DNA of 64,000 bases from SAR86 cluster bacterium (GTDB taxonomy: Bacteria > Pseudomonadota > Gammaproteobacteria > Magnimaribacterales > D2472). Below, one piece after another: positions 29,115 through 40,905 of the stretch. Below the pieces are notes generated by a model. That model saw only the letters and a list, made by a program, of their open reading frames with translations, was not told the origin of the DNA and ran no database searches. The translations under genes were made by a program, and so were the position numbers. The stretch is taken from positions 726,315-790,314 of the forward strand of contig CP097971.1 in assembly GCA_023703615.1 (NCBI GenBank), in the 5' to 3' direction. Position 1 is the first letter of the stretch. Each line of letters opens with the position of its first letter.

Positions 29115-31523
29115 TTAGTGAGTTTGTTTGTCAGAGGACTTTGTTGATTTTTTACTAGCATTTTTACTTTTAGCTAGTTTTTGATTTTTAAGCAGCGGTG
29201 TTGGTTCATCTGTTAATGCAAAGTTAATAATCTCATCAATCCATTCAACAGGTTTTATCTCAAGTGAATCAGTAATTTGTTTTGGAATTTCTTGGAGGTC
29301 AGGCATATTTTCTTTTGGAATAATAACATTCTTGATACCGCCTCTTTTTGCTGCAAGTAACTTTTCTTTTAAACCACCAATTTTCAAAATTTGTCCTCTA
29401 AGTGTTATTTCTCCAGTCATTGCAGTATCTGCTCTCACTGGAATTCCAGTAAATACTGAGATCAATGAAATTGCCATTGCACCTCCAGCACTTGGTCCAT
29501 CTTTTGGTGTAGCACCCTCTGGGACATGAATATGAACGTCATATTTCTCATAAAAATCTGAATCTATACCAAGGGAGTCTGATCTTGACCTAACAACAGT
29601 TAAAGCAGCTTGAATAGATTCCTGCATTACATCACCAAGGGAACCTGTTTTTATAATCCTTCCTTTACCTTTTATATTTGAAGCTTCAATGGTTAATAAT
29701 TCGCCGCCAACTTCAGTCCAAGCCAAACCAGTTACTTGTCCAATAGCATTATCTTTTTCAGCTATTCCATATTTAAATTTTTTAACGCCAGAATATTTAT
29801 CAAGATTTTTATTAGATATGTTAGTAACTTTTTTTGAGACTGCTTTTTTTAATAATCTATCTTTGACAACTTTTCTAAGAATTTTTGCTATTTGTCTTTC
29901 CAGTCCCCGAACGCCAGCTTCTCTTGTGTAATATCTTATGAGAGATAATAAAACTTCTTTTTTTATATTTAACTCATTACTTTTAAGGCCATTTCTTTCA
30001 ATTTGTTTTGGTAATAAATACTTTTGAGCAATGTTAAGTTTTTCGTCTTCAATATAACCAGGAATTCTAATAATCTCCATTCTATCTAGTAAGGGTGTTG
30101 GAATATTAAGACTATTTGCAGTACATACGAACATAACCTCTGATAAATCATAGTCAACTTCTAAATAATGGTCGCTGAATGTATTGTTTTGCTCTGGATC
30201 AAGGACCTCAAGAAGAGCCGCAGCGGGGTCACCTCGATGATCCATTCCTATTTTATCAATCTCATCCAGTAAAAATAATGGATTTTTAACTCCTACTTTT
30301 GAAAGTTTTTGAATAATTTTTCCAGGCATAGATCCAATGTAAGTTCTTCTATGTCCTCTTATTTCAGATTCATCTCTGACACCACCAAGAGACATTCTTA
30401 TAAACTTTCTATTTGTTGCTCTTGCTATAGATTCTCCTAGAGATGTTTTACCTACTCCTGGAGGTCCTACTAAACACAATACAGGCGCTTTCATAGCTTT
30501 TACTCTCTTTTGAACAGCAAGGTACTCAATTATTCTTTCTTTAACTTCTTCAAGACCATAATGATCTTCCTCTAATATATCTAGGGATGCTTGAATATCA
30601 GATTTAACTTTAGATTTTTTCTTCCATGGCACTTCAATAAGACAATCAAGGTAAGATCTAACTACAGAAGCTTCAGCACTAGATGGAGACATGTGCTTGA
30701 ACTTTGAGAGCTCACTTTTTGCTTTTTTTAAAGCGTCTTTTGGCATGCCTGAGGTGTTAATTTTTTCTTCTAGCGAATCTAGTTCATCTGGCTCTTCTCC
30801 AATCTCACCTAATTCTTTTTGTGCTGCTTTTATTTGTTCATTGAGATAGTATTCACGTTGTGACTTTTCCATTTGTTTTTTAACTCTACCTCTAATTTTT
30901 TTCTCAACATCTACCACATCTAAATGAGATTCTAAAATAGTTAGTATCATTTCAGACTTGGCTTTTAAATCGATAGCTTCCAAAATTTCTTGTTTTTTTG
31001 ATGTTTCAAGCGGAAGATGACTTGCAATAGTATCTGATAGTCTTGAAAGATCATCTAAGGAATCTACTGTCGAAACTATTTCTGGAGGAATGCGTTTAGT
31101 AACATTAATATAGTCTTCAAATTTGGCTTTGATTAAGCGAACAAGATTTACTGAGTCCTGATCTTTTAGGGGTACATCATTTAGTTCAATTACTCTTGCA
31201 ATTGAATAAGAATCTTTTTCTACAACATTTTCTATATTGCATCTTTTAAAACCCTCTACAAGAACTTTCATAGTTCCGTCAGGTAATTTAATTAATTGAA
31301 GTAAATTACTGATTGATGCTGATTTGTAAATATCTGAAAAATTTGGATCTTCAACTGAAGGATCTATTTGACTAACAAGAACAAGTTTTTTATTAGATGA
31401 CATAGCTGCATTTAAAGCTTCAACAGATTTAGGACGACCAACAAAAAGCGTTGTAACAATGCCAGGAAATACCACAACATCTCTAAGGGGTATTATTGGC
31501 AAATCTACCTTTATATCTTTCAT
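29115..31523 (-). CDS. lon: ATP-dependent Lon protease
   Basis: 802 aa. Walker A GPPGVGKTS, protease-site KDGPSAGGAM, and the N-terminal LPIIPLRDVVVFPG. Confidence 0.97.
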   Translation of the reverse strand: MKDIKVDLPIIPLRDVVVFPGIVTTLFVGRPKSVEALNAAMSSNKKLVLVSQIDPSVEDPNFSDIYKSASISNLLQLIKLPDGTMKVLVEGFKRCNIENVVEKDSYSIARVIELNDVPLKDQDSVNLVRLIKAKFEDYINVTKRIPPEIVSTVDSLDDLSRLSDTIASHLPLETSKKQEILEAIDLKAKSEMILTILESHLDVVDVEKKIRGRVKKQMEKSQREYYLNEQIKAAQKELGEIGEEPDELDSLEEKINTSGMPKDALKKAKSELSKFKHMSPSSAEASVVRSYLDCLIEVPWKKKSKVKSDIQASLDILEEDHYGLEEVKERIIEYLAVQKRVKAMKAPVLCLVGPPGVGKTSLGESIARATNRKFIRMSLGGVRDESEIRGHRRTYIGSMPGKIIQKLSKVGVKNPLFLLDEIDKIGMDHRGDPAAALLEVLDPEQNNTFSDHYLEVDYDLSEVMFVCTANSLNIPTPLLDRMEIIRIPGYIEDEKLNIAQKYLLPKQIERNGLKSNELNIKKEVLLSLIRYYTREAGVRGLERQIAKILRKVVKDRLLKKAVSKKVTNISNKNLDKYSGVKKFKYGIAEKDNAIGQVTGLAWTEVGGELLTIEASNIKGKGRIIKTGSLGDVMQESIQAALTVVRSRSDSLGIDSDFYEKYDVHIHVPEGATPKDGPSAGGAMAISLISVFTGIPVRADTAMTGEITLRGQILKIGGLKEKLLAAKRGGIKNVIIPKENMPDLQEIPKQITDSLEIKPVEWIDEIINFALTDEPTPLLKNQKLAKSKNASKKSTKSSDKQTH

Positions 31524-31553
31524 AACTTTTACTTAAGGACTATTACTAAAAAA

Positions 31554-32810
31554 TCAATTAGCAGAAGAGCTTTTTTTATTCTTTGATTTTAATAGTTTAA
31601 TAGGTTCAGAACTAGATGCGATACTATTCTCATCTACAATTACTTTTTCTAGATCTTTATTTGGCAAGTCAAACATTGTTTCCATGAGTAACTCTTCCAT
31701 AATTGATCTAAGACCTCTTGCGCCTGTTTTTCTTTTAATAGCTTTCTTAGCAATTGATTCAAGCGCTTCATCTCTAAAAATTAATTCTACATCATCAATT
31801 TCAAATAAATACTTATATTGATTCACAAGAGCATTTTTTGGTTCTTTTAAAATTCTAACTAATGCATTTTCATCTAATTCGTGAAGATTTGATATAACTG
31901 GAAGCCTTCCAACAAACTCAGGAATTAAACCAAATTTTACAAGATCTTGAGGTTGAAGATCATCTATACTGTTTGTAATAGATAATACGTTTGACTTCTT
32001 ACCAACTTCAGCACCAAAACCAATACCGATATTACTTTTTCTTTGGTCAATGACCTTATCTAAACCTGAAAAAGCTCCTCCACAAATGAATAAAATATTT
32101 GAAGTATCTATTTGGATAAACTCTTGTTGAGGATGCTTTCTTCCACCCTGGGGCGGAATGGAAGCAACTGTTCCTTCAATTAACTTTAATAAAGCCTGTT
32201 GAACACCTTCACCAGAAACATCTCTTGTAATTGATGGGTTATCAGATTTTCTTGCGATTTTATCTATCTCATCAATGTAAACAATTCCAAGCTGAGCTTT
32301 ATCTGGATCATAGTCAGCTTTTTGCAAGAGTTTTTGGATAATGTTTTCAACATCCTCACCAACATATCCAGCTTCAGTCAAGGTAGTAGCATCGGCTATT
32401 GTAAATGGCACATTAAGAATTCTTGCCATTGTTTGAGCAAGAAGAGTTTTTCCACTACCAGTTGGACCTAATAGGAGAACGTTACTTTTTTGTAATTCAA
32501 CTGAATCTTTTGAACTTGATCTTTTTAGTCTTTTGTAATGATTATATACGGCAACAGATAAAACCTTTTTAGCTTTATCCTGTCCAATTACATATTCATC
32601 CAATTTTGCAAAAATTTCTGAAGGTGATGGTAATTCTTCTAACGGTCTATCTTCATCATTTTTAATTTCCTCTTCGATAATGTCATTACATAAATCAACA
32701 CATTCATTGCAAATGTATACATTTGGTCCTGCTATTAATTTTTTGACATCATCTTGAACTTTGCCACAAAAAGAACAATTTAATTTATCTGAATTAAGTT
32801 CACTTGCCAT
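31554..32810 (-). CDS. clpX: ATP-dependent Clp protease ATP-binding subunit ClpX
   Basis: Zinc-finger CSFCGK...CNEC, Walker A GPTGSGKT, and the IGFG pore-loop region. Confidence 0.97.
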   Translation of the reverse strand: MASELNSDKLNCSFCGKVQDDVKKLIAGPNVYICNECVDLCNDIIEEEIKNDEDRPLEELPSPSEIFAKLDEYVIGQDKAKKVLSVAVYNHYKRLKRSSSKDSVELQKSNVLLLGPTGSGKTLLAQTMARILNVPFTIADATTLTEAGYVGEDVENIIQKLLQKADYDPDKAQLGIVYIDEIDKIARKSDNPSITRDVSGEGVQQALLKLIEGTVASIPPQGGRKHPQQEFIQIDTSNILFICGGAFSGLDKVIDQRKSNIGIGFGAEVGKKSNVLSITNSIDDLQPQDLVKFGLIPEFVGRLPVISNLHELDENALVRILKEPKNALVNQYKYLFEIDDVELIFRDEALESIAKKAIKRKTGARGLRSIMEELLMETMFDLPNKDLEKVIVDENSIASSSEPIKLLKSKNKKSSSAN

Positions 32811-33415
32811 TATTTTGTTCCTCTTTCATTTAAAATTTTATCAACAATACCATATGTTTTTGCGGATTCAGCATCTAAAAAATTATCTCTATCCGTATCT
32901 TTTTCTACTTTCTTTAATGATTGGCCGGTATGGTTAGATAAAATCTCATTGACAACTTTTTTCATATGCAATATCTCTTTTGCATGTATCTCAAAATCAG
33001 AGGCTTGACCTTGAAATCCACCTAATGGTTGATGGATCATTATTCTTGAATTTGGTAATGCAAATCTTTTACCTTTATCACCTCCTGCTAAAAGCAAAGC
33101 ACCCATGCTTGCAGCTTGTCCAATGCACAAAGTAGAAATTGACGGGGTAATAAACTGCATAGTGTCATATATTGCCAATCCAGCAGAAATACTTCCTCCT
33201 GGTGAATTAATGTATATAGAAACATCTTTTTCAGGATTTTCAGATTCTAAAAACAATAATTGGGCCACGACCACATTAGAAATGTAATCATCAATTGCTC
33301 CAGATAAAAATATAACTCTTTCTTTTAGAAGTCTTGAGTAAATGTCAAAAGATCTCTCTCCGCGCGGAGTTTGTTCGATGACCATAGGTATTAGTGCTGA
33401 ATTTATATTACTCAT
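32810..33415 (-). CDS. clpP: ATP-dependent Clp protease proteolytic subunit
   Basis: [21 protein letters not shown], catalytic GQAASMGA, and MIHQP. Confidence 0.97.
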   Translation of the reverse strand: MSNINSALIPMVIEQTPRGERSFDIYSRLLKERVIFLSGAIDDYISNVVVAQLLFLESENPEKDVSIYINSPGGSISAGLAIYDTMQFITPSISTLCIGQAASMGALLLAGGDKGKRFALPNSRIMIHQPLGGFQGQASDFEIHAKEILHMKKVVNEILSNHTGQSLKKVEKDTDRDNFLDAESAKTYGIVDKILNERGTK

Positions 33416-33422
33416 TGTTAAT

Positions 33423-34718
33423 TTATTTTTTAGCTAATTCTGAAAATTTTATCATCTTATCCTTAGATTTGAGTGCATTTTGTAATTTTTCAAGTAATTG
33501 CTCTTCTAAAATGATCATCCTAAATTGTTCCATTTGTTGTGGTTGAGTAGAGATCCATTGTTTGAACTGATTAGCATCTTTATATTTCTTTGATTCTTTT
33601 TCAATAAATATATCTATTTTTTCTTTATCAACTTTTATCTCATAATGTTTTATTAATTCAGCAAACAACAAATCTAACTTAACTCTTTTTTCAGCATTTT
33701 CCATGAAGGTGTCAATTGGAAAAAGATCTTCGCCTGCATTTTCCTCAGAATGACCAATGCGCATCAAAGCATCTTTTCTCATAAGATCTGCTTGCTCTTT
33801 AACGGTAACTTTTGGAACATCAAATACATTAGTTTTTAATAAAAGCTCATATACAGATTCTTTTGTTAAGTCTTTTTCTTGAACTTTAACTTCTTTTTTC
33901 ATTCTTTTATGAATTTCAACTTTAAATGCTTTTTTATCTTTAACATCCATTCCAAGTTTTTCATACAAATCTTTATTTAATTTTGCTATTTCGAGTTGTT
34001 GAACATTTTTTAAATTAATAGCAAACTCAGCACTAACTCCGGCTAAATCTTTTTTAAAATAGTCATCAGGAAATACAGTTTTTATTTTAAATTCAGAGAT
34101 TTTTTTTCCAATTATTGCATCCTCAAAACCGGGTATCATTGAATTACTTCCAAGAACAAGCTTAAAGTCTTTTGCAGAGTTTCCTTCAAAATCTTCACCA
34201 TTAATTGTGCCAGTAAAATCTATAATTACTTGATCATCTTTTTTTGCTGAACGTTTAACATCTTTCCAATTCCCATATCTTTTTAGAATATCTTCAATTG
34301 CTAGATCAATATCGTTGTCTTCTATATCAATTTTAAAATCTTCGTAATTTTTCCATCTGCTAAATTTAACTTTAATGTCTGGAAAAACTTCTATTACTGC
34401 TGAATATACAATCGGTTTTGTAGAATCTTCATTTTCAAGTGAAATTGTTGGTGAAGCAGCAGGCCTAAGCTTATTTTCATTTATAGCTTCAGGATATGAT
34501 GCTTGAATGAGCTCATTAATCACATCAGCGTGAATAGAGGCTCCATATTGTTTTTTAAGAACATCGTTAGGGACTTTACCTTTTCTAAACCCGTCTAGCT
34601 TTGCTTTTGATTTGACATTATTTAGTTTTGAATCAAACCTTGAATCGTATTCATTAACCGGGATGGATACAGTTAGTTTTCTTTCAAGATTTTTTAATTT
34701 TTTTACTTTGCTACTCAT
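33423..34718 (-). CDS. tig: Trigger factor
   Basis: 431 aa. It has GFRKGKVP in the ribosome-binding N-domain and a central FKBP-like region. It lies upstream of clpPX. Confidence 0.95.
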   Translation of the reverse strand: MSSKVKKLKNLERKLTVSIPVNEYDSRFDSKLNNVKSKAKLDGFRKGKVPNDVLKKQYGASIHADVINELIQASYPEAINENKLRPAASPTISLENEDSTKPIVYSAVIEVFPDIKVKFSRWKNYEDFKIDIEDNDIDLAIEDILKRYGNWKDVKRSAKKDDQVIIDFTGTINGEDFEGNSAKDFKLVLGSNSMIPGFEDAIIGKKISEFKIKTVFPDDYFKKDLAGVSAEFAINLKNVQQLEIAKLNKDLYEKLGMDVKDKKAFKVEIHKRMKKEVKVQEKDLTKESVYELLLKTNVFDVPKVTVKEQADLMRKDALMRIGHSEENAGEDLFPIDTFMENAEKRVKLDLLFAELIKHYEIKVDKEKIDIFIEKESKKYKDANQFKQWISTQPQQMEQFRMIILEEQLLEKLQNALKSKDKMIKFSELAKK

Positions 34719-34746
34719 TTTTTATATCCATAAATAATAGTTCATA

Positions 34747-34824
34747 TGGGGCGAGCGATGGGGTTCGAACCCACGGCCTCCGGAGCCACAATCCAGCGCT
34801 CTAACCAACTGAGCTACGCCCGCC
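34747..34824 (-). tRNA. tRNA-His (anticodon GTG) with encoded G-1 and CCA
   Basis: The reverse complement reads GGCGGGCGTAGCTCAGTTGGTTAGAGCGCTGGATTGTGGCTCCGGAGGCCGTGGGTTCGAACCCCATCGCTCGCCCCA. Anticodon loop TTGTGGC; the extra 5-prime G pairs with C73. Confidence 0.92.
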
Positions 34825-34876
34825 ATGAATCGAGACATTATAGATTAAAATTATAAAATAATTTATTTTTATTTAA

Positions 34877-35518
34877 TTACGGAAAAATAATGGGTTGATC
34901 TTTTTTTGCCCATGGTTTGAGAGAAATCATAATGTTTTTAAAAATATCAGAATCTAAAAAAAAGATAAGCCATTTTTGAATATTTGGTATTGAATTTAGA
35001 GAATCAAACCATTGTTCATCAGCTATTCTAAATTGACGAATAAATGGAAGGATGCTTATATCGATTTTATCAATATGCGCTCCATAGAACCAGGGCTCGT
35101 ATTTAGATTTATTTTCTAGATTAACTAATATTTTAAGGCAGCTATTTCTGTGATTAATAGGATCCTCATTTTTATACCTAGTTGCATACTTATATCTATC
35201 TAAATGAAATTTAAACTTTTTATCAAACAAATTAATAGTTGATTCTACAAAGCTTTGATCAACATTACTGTGCTTAACTATAAAGGGATTATTTTTTTTA
35301 ATAATCCAATTAATTATGTCCATGCTTTCATCAAGAACTTCATTATTGTTATCCAAAACCGGTACGGTTGCTTTTGGAGATATTCTGATCATTTCTTTTG
35401 GTTTATTTCTTAGACTAACTTCACGAATCTCACATTTTAAATTTGAAAGATAAAATGCCATTCTTGCTCTCATAGCATAAGGACATCTCTTGAATGAATA
35501 TAATATTGGTAATTTCAT
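34877..35518 (-). CDS. Glutathione S-transferase / glutaredoxin-2-like thioredoxin-fold protein
   Basis: N-terminus LYSFKRCPYAMRARMAF...TVPVL (thioredoxin-fold GST N-domain), followed by a helical C-domain. 213 aa. Confidence 0.6.
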   Translation of the reverse strand: MKLPILYSFKRCPYAMRARMAFYLSNLKCEIREVSLRNKPKEMIRISPKATVPVLDNNNEVLDESMDIINWIIKKNNPFIVKHSNVDQSFVESTINLFDKKFKFHLDRYKYATRYKNEDPINHRNSCLKILVNLENKSKYEPWFYGAHIDKIDISILPFIRQFRIADEQWFDSLNSIPNIQKWLIFFLDSDIFKNIMISLKPWAKKDQPIIFP

Positions 35519-35527
35519 GTTACTTAA

Positions 35528-36442
35528 TTATTTAGGTCCAATGTGACTTTCATTTCTACTTTTTGCAAGATCAATTTGTTTTTGTCTACTCATATATCTA
35601 GATTTTTGTTCATCAGTTTTAGATGCAAAACATGCTGGACATGAGACTCCTTTAATAAAGTATTTTGATTCTTTATCTTGTTTTGTAATAGGCATTCTGC
35701 ATCCATGACACATATCATAAGAACCCTCGTCAAGATTATGATCTAGCGATACTCTGTCATCAAAAACAAAGCATTCACCAATCCACTTGCTTTGATCAGT
35801 GGTAATGTCTTCAAAATATTTAAGAACGCCTCCTTTTAAATGAAAGACATTCTTAAATCCTTCTTTTTTCATATAAGATGTTGCTTTTTCACACCTAATC
35901 CCGCCAGTGCAAAACATAGCTACTTTTTTTGTTTTTTTATCTTTATTTGAAAATTTTTGATTTTTTACCCAATTAGGAAATTCCCTAAAATTATTTGTTC
36001 TAGGGTTTATAGAGTTCTTAAAAGTGCCGATCGAGTATTCATAATTGTTTCTTGTATCAATAAGAAGAACATCATCTTTAGCTATAAAACTATTCCAATC
36101 TTTTGGTTCAACATAAATACCAGAATTTATGCTTGGATCTAATTTCTTATCCCCAATCGTAACTATTTCTTCTTTAGTTTTAACTTTTAATCTTGTAAAC
36201 GGTTTAATCTTTGATTTGGAATATTTAATATTAATGTCATCGAATCCTTTGATGCTTTTGATAATAGATATTGCCTTTTTCATATCCTTTATTGATGCTG
36301 AGATTGTTCCATTCAACCCTTCTTTACCAATTAGAATAGTTCCTGTTACTAAATTATTATCTAAATTACTTTTAAGCATATGTCGAACACTTAAAGGATT
36401 TTCAATAGAGTGAAATTTATATAATGCTGCAACTTTAAACAT
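35528..36442 (-). CDS. trhO: Rhodanese-domain protein TrhO/YceA (UPF0176; tRNA U34 hydroxylase family)
   Basis: AALYKF start, rhodanese active-site loop FCTGGIRCEKA, and a C-terminal Cys cluster (CHGC...CPAC). Confidence 0.82.
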   Translation of the reverse strand: MFKVAALYKFHSIENPLSVRHMLKSNLDNNLVTGTILIGKEGLNGTISASIKDMKKAISIIKSIKGFDDINIKYSKSKIKPFTRLKVKTKEEIVTIGDKKLDPSINSGIYVEPKDWNSFIAKDDVLLIDTRNNYEYSIGTFKNSINPRTNNFREFPNWVKNQKFSNKDKKTKKVAMFCTGGIRCEKATSYMKKEGFKNVFHLKGGVLKYFEDITTDQSKWIGECFVFDDRVSLDHNLDEGSYDMCHGCRMPITKQDKESKYFIKGVSCPACFASKTDEQKSRYMSRQKQIDLAKSRNESHIGPK

Positions 36443-36462
36443 AAATACATTTTATATTAAAA

Positions 36463-36539
<77 letters not shown>

Positions 36540-36542
36540 ACA

Positions 36543-36619
36543 TGGTCGGGGTAGTAAGATTCGAACTTACGACCACTCGCTCCCAAAGCGAGTGCGCTAC
36601 CAGACTGCGCTATACCCCG
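36543..36619 (-). tRNA. tRNA-Pro (anticodon TGG)
   Basis: The reverse complement reads CGGGGTATAGCGCAGTCTGGTAGCGCACTCGCTTTGGGAGCGAGTGGTCGTAAGTTCGAATCTTACTACCCCGACCA. Anticodon loop TTTGGGA. Confidence 0.93.
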
Positions 36620-36698
36620 TGGATGCAAATATTAAGGTTTAAATAATAAATAATCAAACTTGATGTGCATAAATATTTTTTAATGAGATAATAATAAA

Positions 36699-37541
36699 AT
36701 GAAAGCTAAAGTACTTGACGGAAAAGAACTCTCAAAAAAAACAGAGGTTTATATTGAAAAAGAAGTGCGTGATCTTATTTCAAAAGGTATTAAGCCTACA
36801 CTAGCAACAATACTTGTTGGTAGTGATCCTGCATCTGAAACTTATGTCAAAATGAAGAGAAACACTTGTAAGCGTGTTGGTATGGATTCAATAGCTATAG
36901 AGCTTCCAGAAAATACATCAACAGATGAACTTTTAAAAACTATAAAAAAGTTAAATAATGATGATAAAGTTCATGGAATCCTTCTTCAGCACCCAGTTCC
37001 TTCTCAAATAGATGAAAGAAAGTGTTTTGACGAAATTAGTATAGAAAAAGATGTTGATGGGGTTACTTGTCTCGGTTTTGGCAATATGTCAATGGGTCTG
37101 CCTGCATATGGATCATGCACCCCAGCTGGAATAATAAGATTGATAAAAGAATATGAGCTTAAAATTGAGGGTATGAATGCTGTTGTAGTAGGCAGAAGTC
37201 CAATTCTTGGCAAACCAATGGCAATGATGCTACTTAACTTAAATGCAACAGTAACCATATGCCATTCTAGAACAAAAAATATTGAAGATATAATAAAAAA
37301 TGCTGATTTAATTGTGGGTGCTGTGGGTATCCCAAGATTTATTAAATCTGATTGGATTAAAAAAGGTAGTGTAGTTATTGATGCAGGATTTCATCCTGAA
37401 ATGTGTGGTGATATCGATCTAGATGGTATTGAAGATAATGCAATTGCATATACACCAGTTCCAGGTGGTGTTGGCCCGATGACAATCAATACTCTAATAC
37501 TTCAAACAATGGAATCCGCAAAAAAAACTATTAAAGAATAA
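36699..37541 (+). CDS. folD: Bifunctional methylenetetrahydrofolate dehydrogenase / methenyl-THF cyclohydrolase
   Basis: 280 aa: [43 protein letters not shown] and [10 protein letters not shown]. Confidence 0.95.
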   Translation: MKAKVLDGKELSKKTEVYIEKEVRDLISKGIKPTLATILVGSDPASETYVKMKRNTCKRVGMDSIAIELPENTSTDELLKTIKKLNNDDKVHGILLQHPVPSQIDERKCFDEISIEKDVDGVTCLGFGNMSMGLPAYGSCTPAGIIRLIKEYELKIEGMNAVVVGRSPILGKPMAMMLLNLNATVTICHSRTKNIEDIIKNADLIVGAVGIPRFIKSDWIKKGSVVIDAGFHPEMCGDIDLDGIEDNAIAYTPVPGGVGPMTINTLILQTMESAKKTIKE

Positions 37542-37889
37542 TTACTCTTTTTTGTCTTCTTCTATTGCATCAGCTGACTCATTACTTTCTTCAACGTCTG
37601 ACTCATCTAAATCATCGGATAAAGTATTATTTTTAAATGGAAATGGTTTTTCCTCAGTTGAAAAAAGTAGAAAAGCTAAAGTATCCTTAAAAAATTCAAT
37701 AATATTTTCATTGAAATTTGATAATGACTGATTTGTTTTTGATGTAAGTAAATAAAATAAAAATTGTATGAAAGCTAATCCAATACAAATAGTTAAAGCA
37801 AAATTTATAACAAAGGCATATCCAAGCATAAATATAAATCTTACCCATTTACTTCCTTTAAGAATTTCTTCTTTATTAATATTACTCAT
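37542..37889 (-). CDS. Small membrane protein with an acidic C-terminal tail (DUF4389-like, uncertain)
   Basis: 115 aa with two hydrophobic helices and then DDLDESDVEESNESADAIEEDKKE. It is tightly packed downstream of gpsA. Confidence 0.4.
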   Translation of the reverse strand: MSNINKEEILKGSKWVRFIFMLGYAFVINFALTICIGLAFIQFLFYLLTSKTNQSLSNFNENIIEFFKDTLAFLLFSTEEKPFPFKNNTLSDDLDESDVEESNESADAIEEDKKE

Positions 37890-37896
37890 CTTTTAC

Positions 37897-38919
37897 CTAT
37901 TTAAATGTAAATTCTACATCAACTTCGTGCGGATTATTAATAAGATCATCAATTAATATTTTTGGCGATGTATCTTTATTGATTAAATTATGCAATGAAT
38001 TGACTAATGGCATACTTATATTTAATTTTTCAGCTTCTTTTTTTAAAACCTCCAAAGTCCTTAGACCTTCCGCTATTTGACCAACATTATTTTTTGATTC
38101 TTCTAAACTTAAACCCTCACCAAGGCAAACTCCTAGCTGAAAATTTCTAGAAAGATTTGATGTACATGTCGCAACTAAATCGCCCATACCAGATAATCCT
38201 AAAAAAGTAATAGGATTTGCTCCTTTAGCGACAGCAAATCTACTCATTTCTGCCATACTTCTTGTAAGAATTAAGCCCAAGGCATTCTCTCCAACATTTA
38301 ATGATTCTGCAATTCCACAAATGATTGCGTAAACATTTTTAAGGGCACCGGATAGTTCTACTCCTTGAATGTCATTGCTTGAAAAAACTTTAAAGGTTTT
38401 TGATGATAAAAGAGATTTTACTTTAGAAATTAATAAATTATTCTTACTTGCTATTACAGTACCTGCGATTTTATTTTCTGCTATTTCTTTAGCAAGATTA
38501 GGACCGCTTAATACTCCAACATTATTTTCATTAGCAAAGTCTATTTTGGAGTGAATAATATCTGTCATTGATCTAAAAGGATCTGATTTTATTCCTTTAG
38601 TACAAGAAATTATCATCGCATCTTTGTCAACAAAGCTTTTGATTCTTTCTATGACATCCTCAAAAATTATGCTTGGTACTGCTATTAAAATAATTTGCGC
38701 ATTTGCAATTACATATTTTAAATCATCAGAAGCAATAATGTTTGATGATAACTCTAGTTCAGGGTGATATTGGGAATTGGAGCTCTCAGAATTTATTCTT
38801 AAAGCATTTTCAGAATCTCTTACCCATAATGACACGGATGATCCGTTTGATGCAGCTATGTTTGCAAGAACAGTTCCAAAACTTCCTCCCCCCAGAACTG
38901 CTATTTTTTCTTTTGTCAT
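37897..38919 (-). CDS. gpsA: NAD(P)H-dependent glycerol-3-phosphate dehydrogenase
   Basis: Rossmann motif IAVLGGGSFGT; also GALKNVYAI and GMGDLVATC. Confidence 0.92.
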   Translation of the reverse strand: MTKEKIAVLGGGSFGTVLANIAASNGSSVSLWVRDSENALRINSESSNSQYHPELELSSNIIASDDLKYVIANAQIILIAVPSIIFEDVIERIKSFVDKDAMIISCTKGIKSDPFRSMTDIIHSKIDFANENNVGVLSGPNLAKEIAENKIAGTVIASKNNLLISKVKSLLSSKTFKVFSSNDIQGVELSGALKNVYAIICGIAESLNVGENALGLILTRSMAEMSRFAVAKGANPITFLGLSGMGDLVATCTSNLSRNFQLGVCLGEGLSLEESKNNVGQIAEGLRTLEVLKKEAEKLNISMPLVNSLHNLINKDTSPKILIDDLINNPHEVDVEFTFK

Positions 38920-40485
38920 TTAAGCGAGGTATTTATCAAGCTGTCTTAAATATTTTGCAGGATCTCTTGGGGATCCTCCCTCAGCAATAATTGCATAATC
39001 ATATAGAAAATCAACAAAAGAGTTAAATTGTTTACCCTTCATTGTATTGAGTTTTTTTAATAACTTGTGTTTTAAATTTATTTCAAATATTGGTTGTGAT
39101 GAAGCTATATCCTGTCCAGCAGCCTCTAAAATTTTTCTTAGTTGTGAACCTGGCTCATGCTTTGGTAATAATATGCATGAAGCCGAATCAACAAGTCGAG
39201 AGCTAACAATAACATCAGAAACCTTATCTCCTAAGTGCTTTTTAACTTTAGAAATGATTTCTTGATCTGATTTAGAGATTTTCTTTTCTTCATTAGGCTT
39301 AATCTCTTCCTTGGCAACATTTGCTAATTCTTTACCTTTGTATTCCATCAAATTTGCCATTAACCATTCGTCAATTCTATCCGTTAAAAGAAGAACCTCT
39401 TTCCCTTCAGATTTTAATCCTTCAATATGCGGCGAATTAATAGCAGCTTCAAATGTATCTGCAACACAGTAAAATATTTTATTCTGTTCAGGCTTCATTC
39501 TATTTATGTAGTCATCAAGAGAATGGTCTTCGGATTGGGAGTCTAAGGCTGAAGATGAAAACAATAGCAGACTTGCAATTAATTCCCTATTTTCGAGATC
39601 TTCTGCTGGTCCCTCTTTAATAACTAAACCATATTGGTTCCAAAATTTCTTATAATCATCAACTGACTTTTCTTTAAGGTTTTTGAGAGACTCAAGCGCC
39701 CTCTTTGTAATACTCTTTTTAATTACGTCAACAAGTTGGTGTTCTTGAAGCAATTCTCTGGAAACATTTAAAGGCAAATCACTGGCATCAACTATTCCCC
39801 GAATAAACCTTAAATAAAGCGGTAAAAAATTTGAAGCATCATCCATAATGAACACTCTTTGTATATAAAGTTTTACTCCGCGGGGCGACTCTCTATTCCA
39901 TAGATCAAAAGGAGGTTTTGATGGCACATACAATAGATTTGAATATTCATTTTTACCTTCAACTTTGTTATGAATCCATAACAATGGATCTTCTTGATCA
40001 AAAGATATGAATTTATAGAAATCAATATATTCCTGATCTTTAATAGACCTTTTTGGTTTTAACCAAAGAGCATCCGCATCATTAATTCTTATAGAATTAT
40101 CTTCATCAGAAATAAGATTCAAAGGAAAATTAATATATTGTGAATATTTCTGTAATAAATATTTTATTCTTCCTTCCTCTGCATACTCAGTATTTTCTTC
40201 ATTCAAATAGATAATTACATCAGTACCAAAATTTTCTTTAATTACTTCTTTAAGTTTATATTTTTCCTCTCCGTTGCTCTCCCACATAATTGCTTTATCA
40301 GATTTCTCATTTGCAGATTTTGAAATTACTTGTACTTTTTCCGCAACCATGAAAACCGAATAAAAACCAACACCAAATTGCCCTATTAAATTAGAATCTT
40401 TTTGCTTATCCCCAGAAATATTCTCAAGAAATTTCGCTGTTCCAGATCTTGCAATAGTTCCATTTATTTTTGTATTAATTAATGT
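38920..40485 (-). pseudogene. htpG: Hsp90-family chaperone HtpG lacking about the first 90 codons (5-prime-truncated; the ORF-track CDS 38920-40350 starts at an internal Met)
   Basis: The frame stays open upstream of Met 40350 and reads ..NGTIARSGTAKFLENISGDKQKDSNLIGQFGVGFYSVFMVAEK, which is HtpG residues about 90-135. An in-frame TGA at 40486-40488 and the stop of the upstream gene follow immediately. There is no ELISNASDA / DNGxG ATP-binding region, no canonical start before 40350, and no SD there. Confidence 0.7.
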
Positions 40486-40490
40486 TCAAA

Positions 40491-40898
40491 TTATAAATAA
40501 GTTACTCTTACTATTTGAATAATAGCTGCGATCATAATTACTAGGGTATTAAATACACTTAAATTATGCAGCCACTTAAACATTGAGTCCCAACCTCTAT
40601 CTTTTGCAAGATTAGTAAGCGGAATTATTATATAACCAGTAAAAGCAAAAACTGCTGCAACTAACGCAATATAAATATCAACTAAATTAAAAAAAAGATA
40701 AGAGATTAGTAAGGCAATCAAAGTTATTAAAAAAATTAATAAGTAGTATCTTGGAAAAATTTTTCTTAAGAAATTAGATGCATTCTGATCATCTAGTACC
40801 TTAAAAACCACTGGAGCAGTTAGTAACACTTGAGCAAAAATTATGCCCAAAACCAGTGAGTAACATAATATTAATAAACTTAAAATAACAATATTCAT
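40491..40898 (-). CDS. Four-helix integral membrane protein (DUF4149/TMEM205-like, uncertain)
   Basis: 135 aa and strongly hydrophobic. The segment APVVFKVLDDQNASNFLRKIFPRYY resembles DUF4149 proteins. Confidence 0.4.
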   Translation of the reverse strand: MNIVILSLLILCYSLVLGIIFAQVLLTAPVVFKVLDDQNASNFLRKIFPRYYLLIFLITLIALLISYLFFNLVDIYIALVAAVFAFTGYIIIPLTNLAKDRGWDSMFKWLHNLSVFNTLVIMIAAIIQIVRVTYL

Positions 40899-40905
40899 AA
40901 CTATA

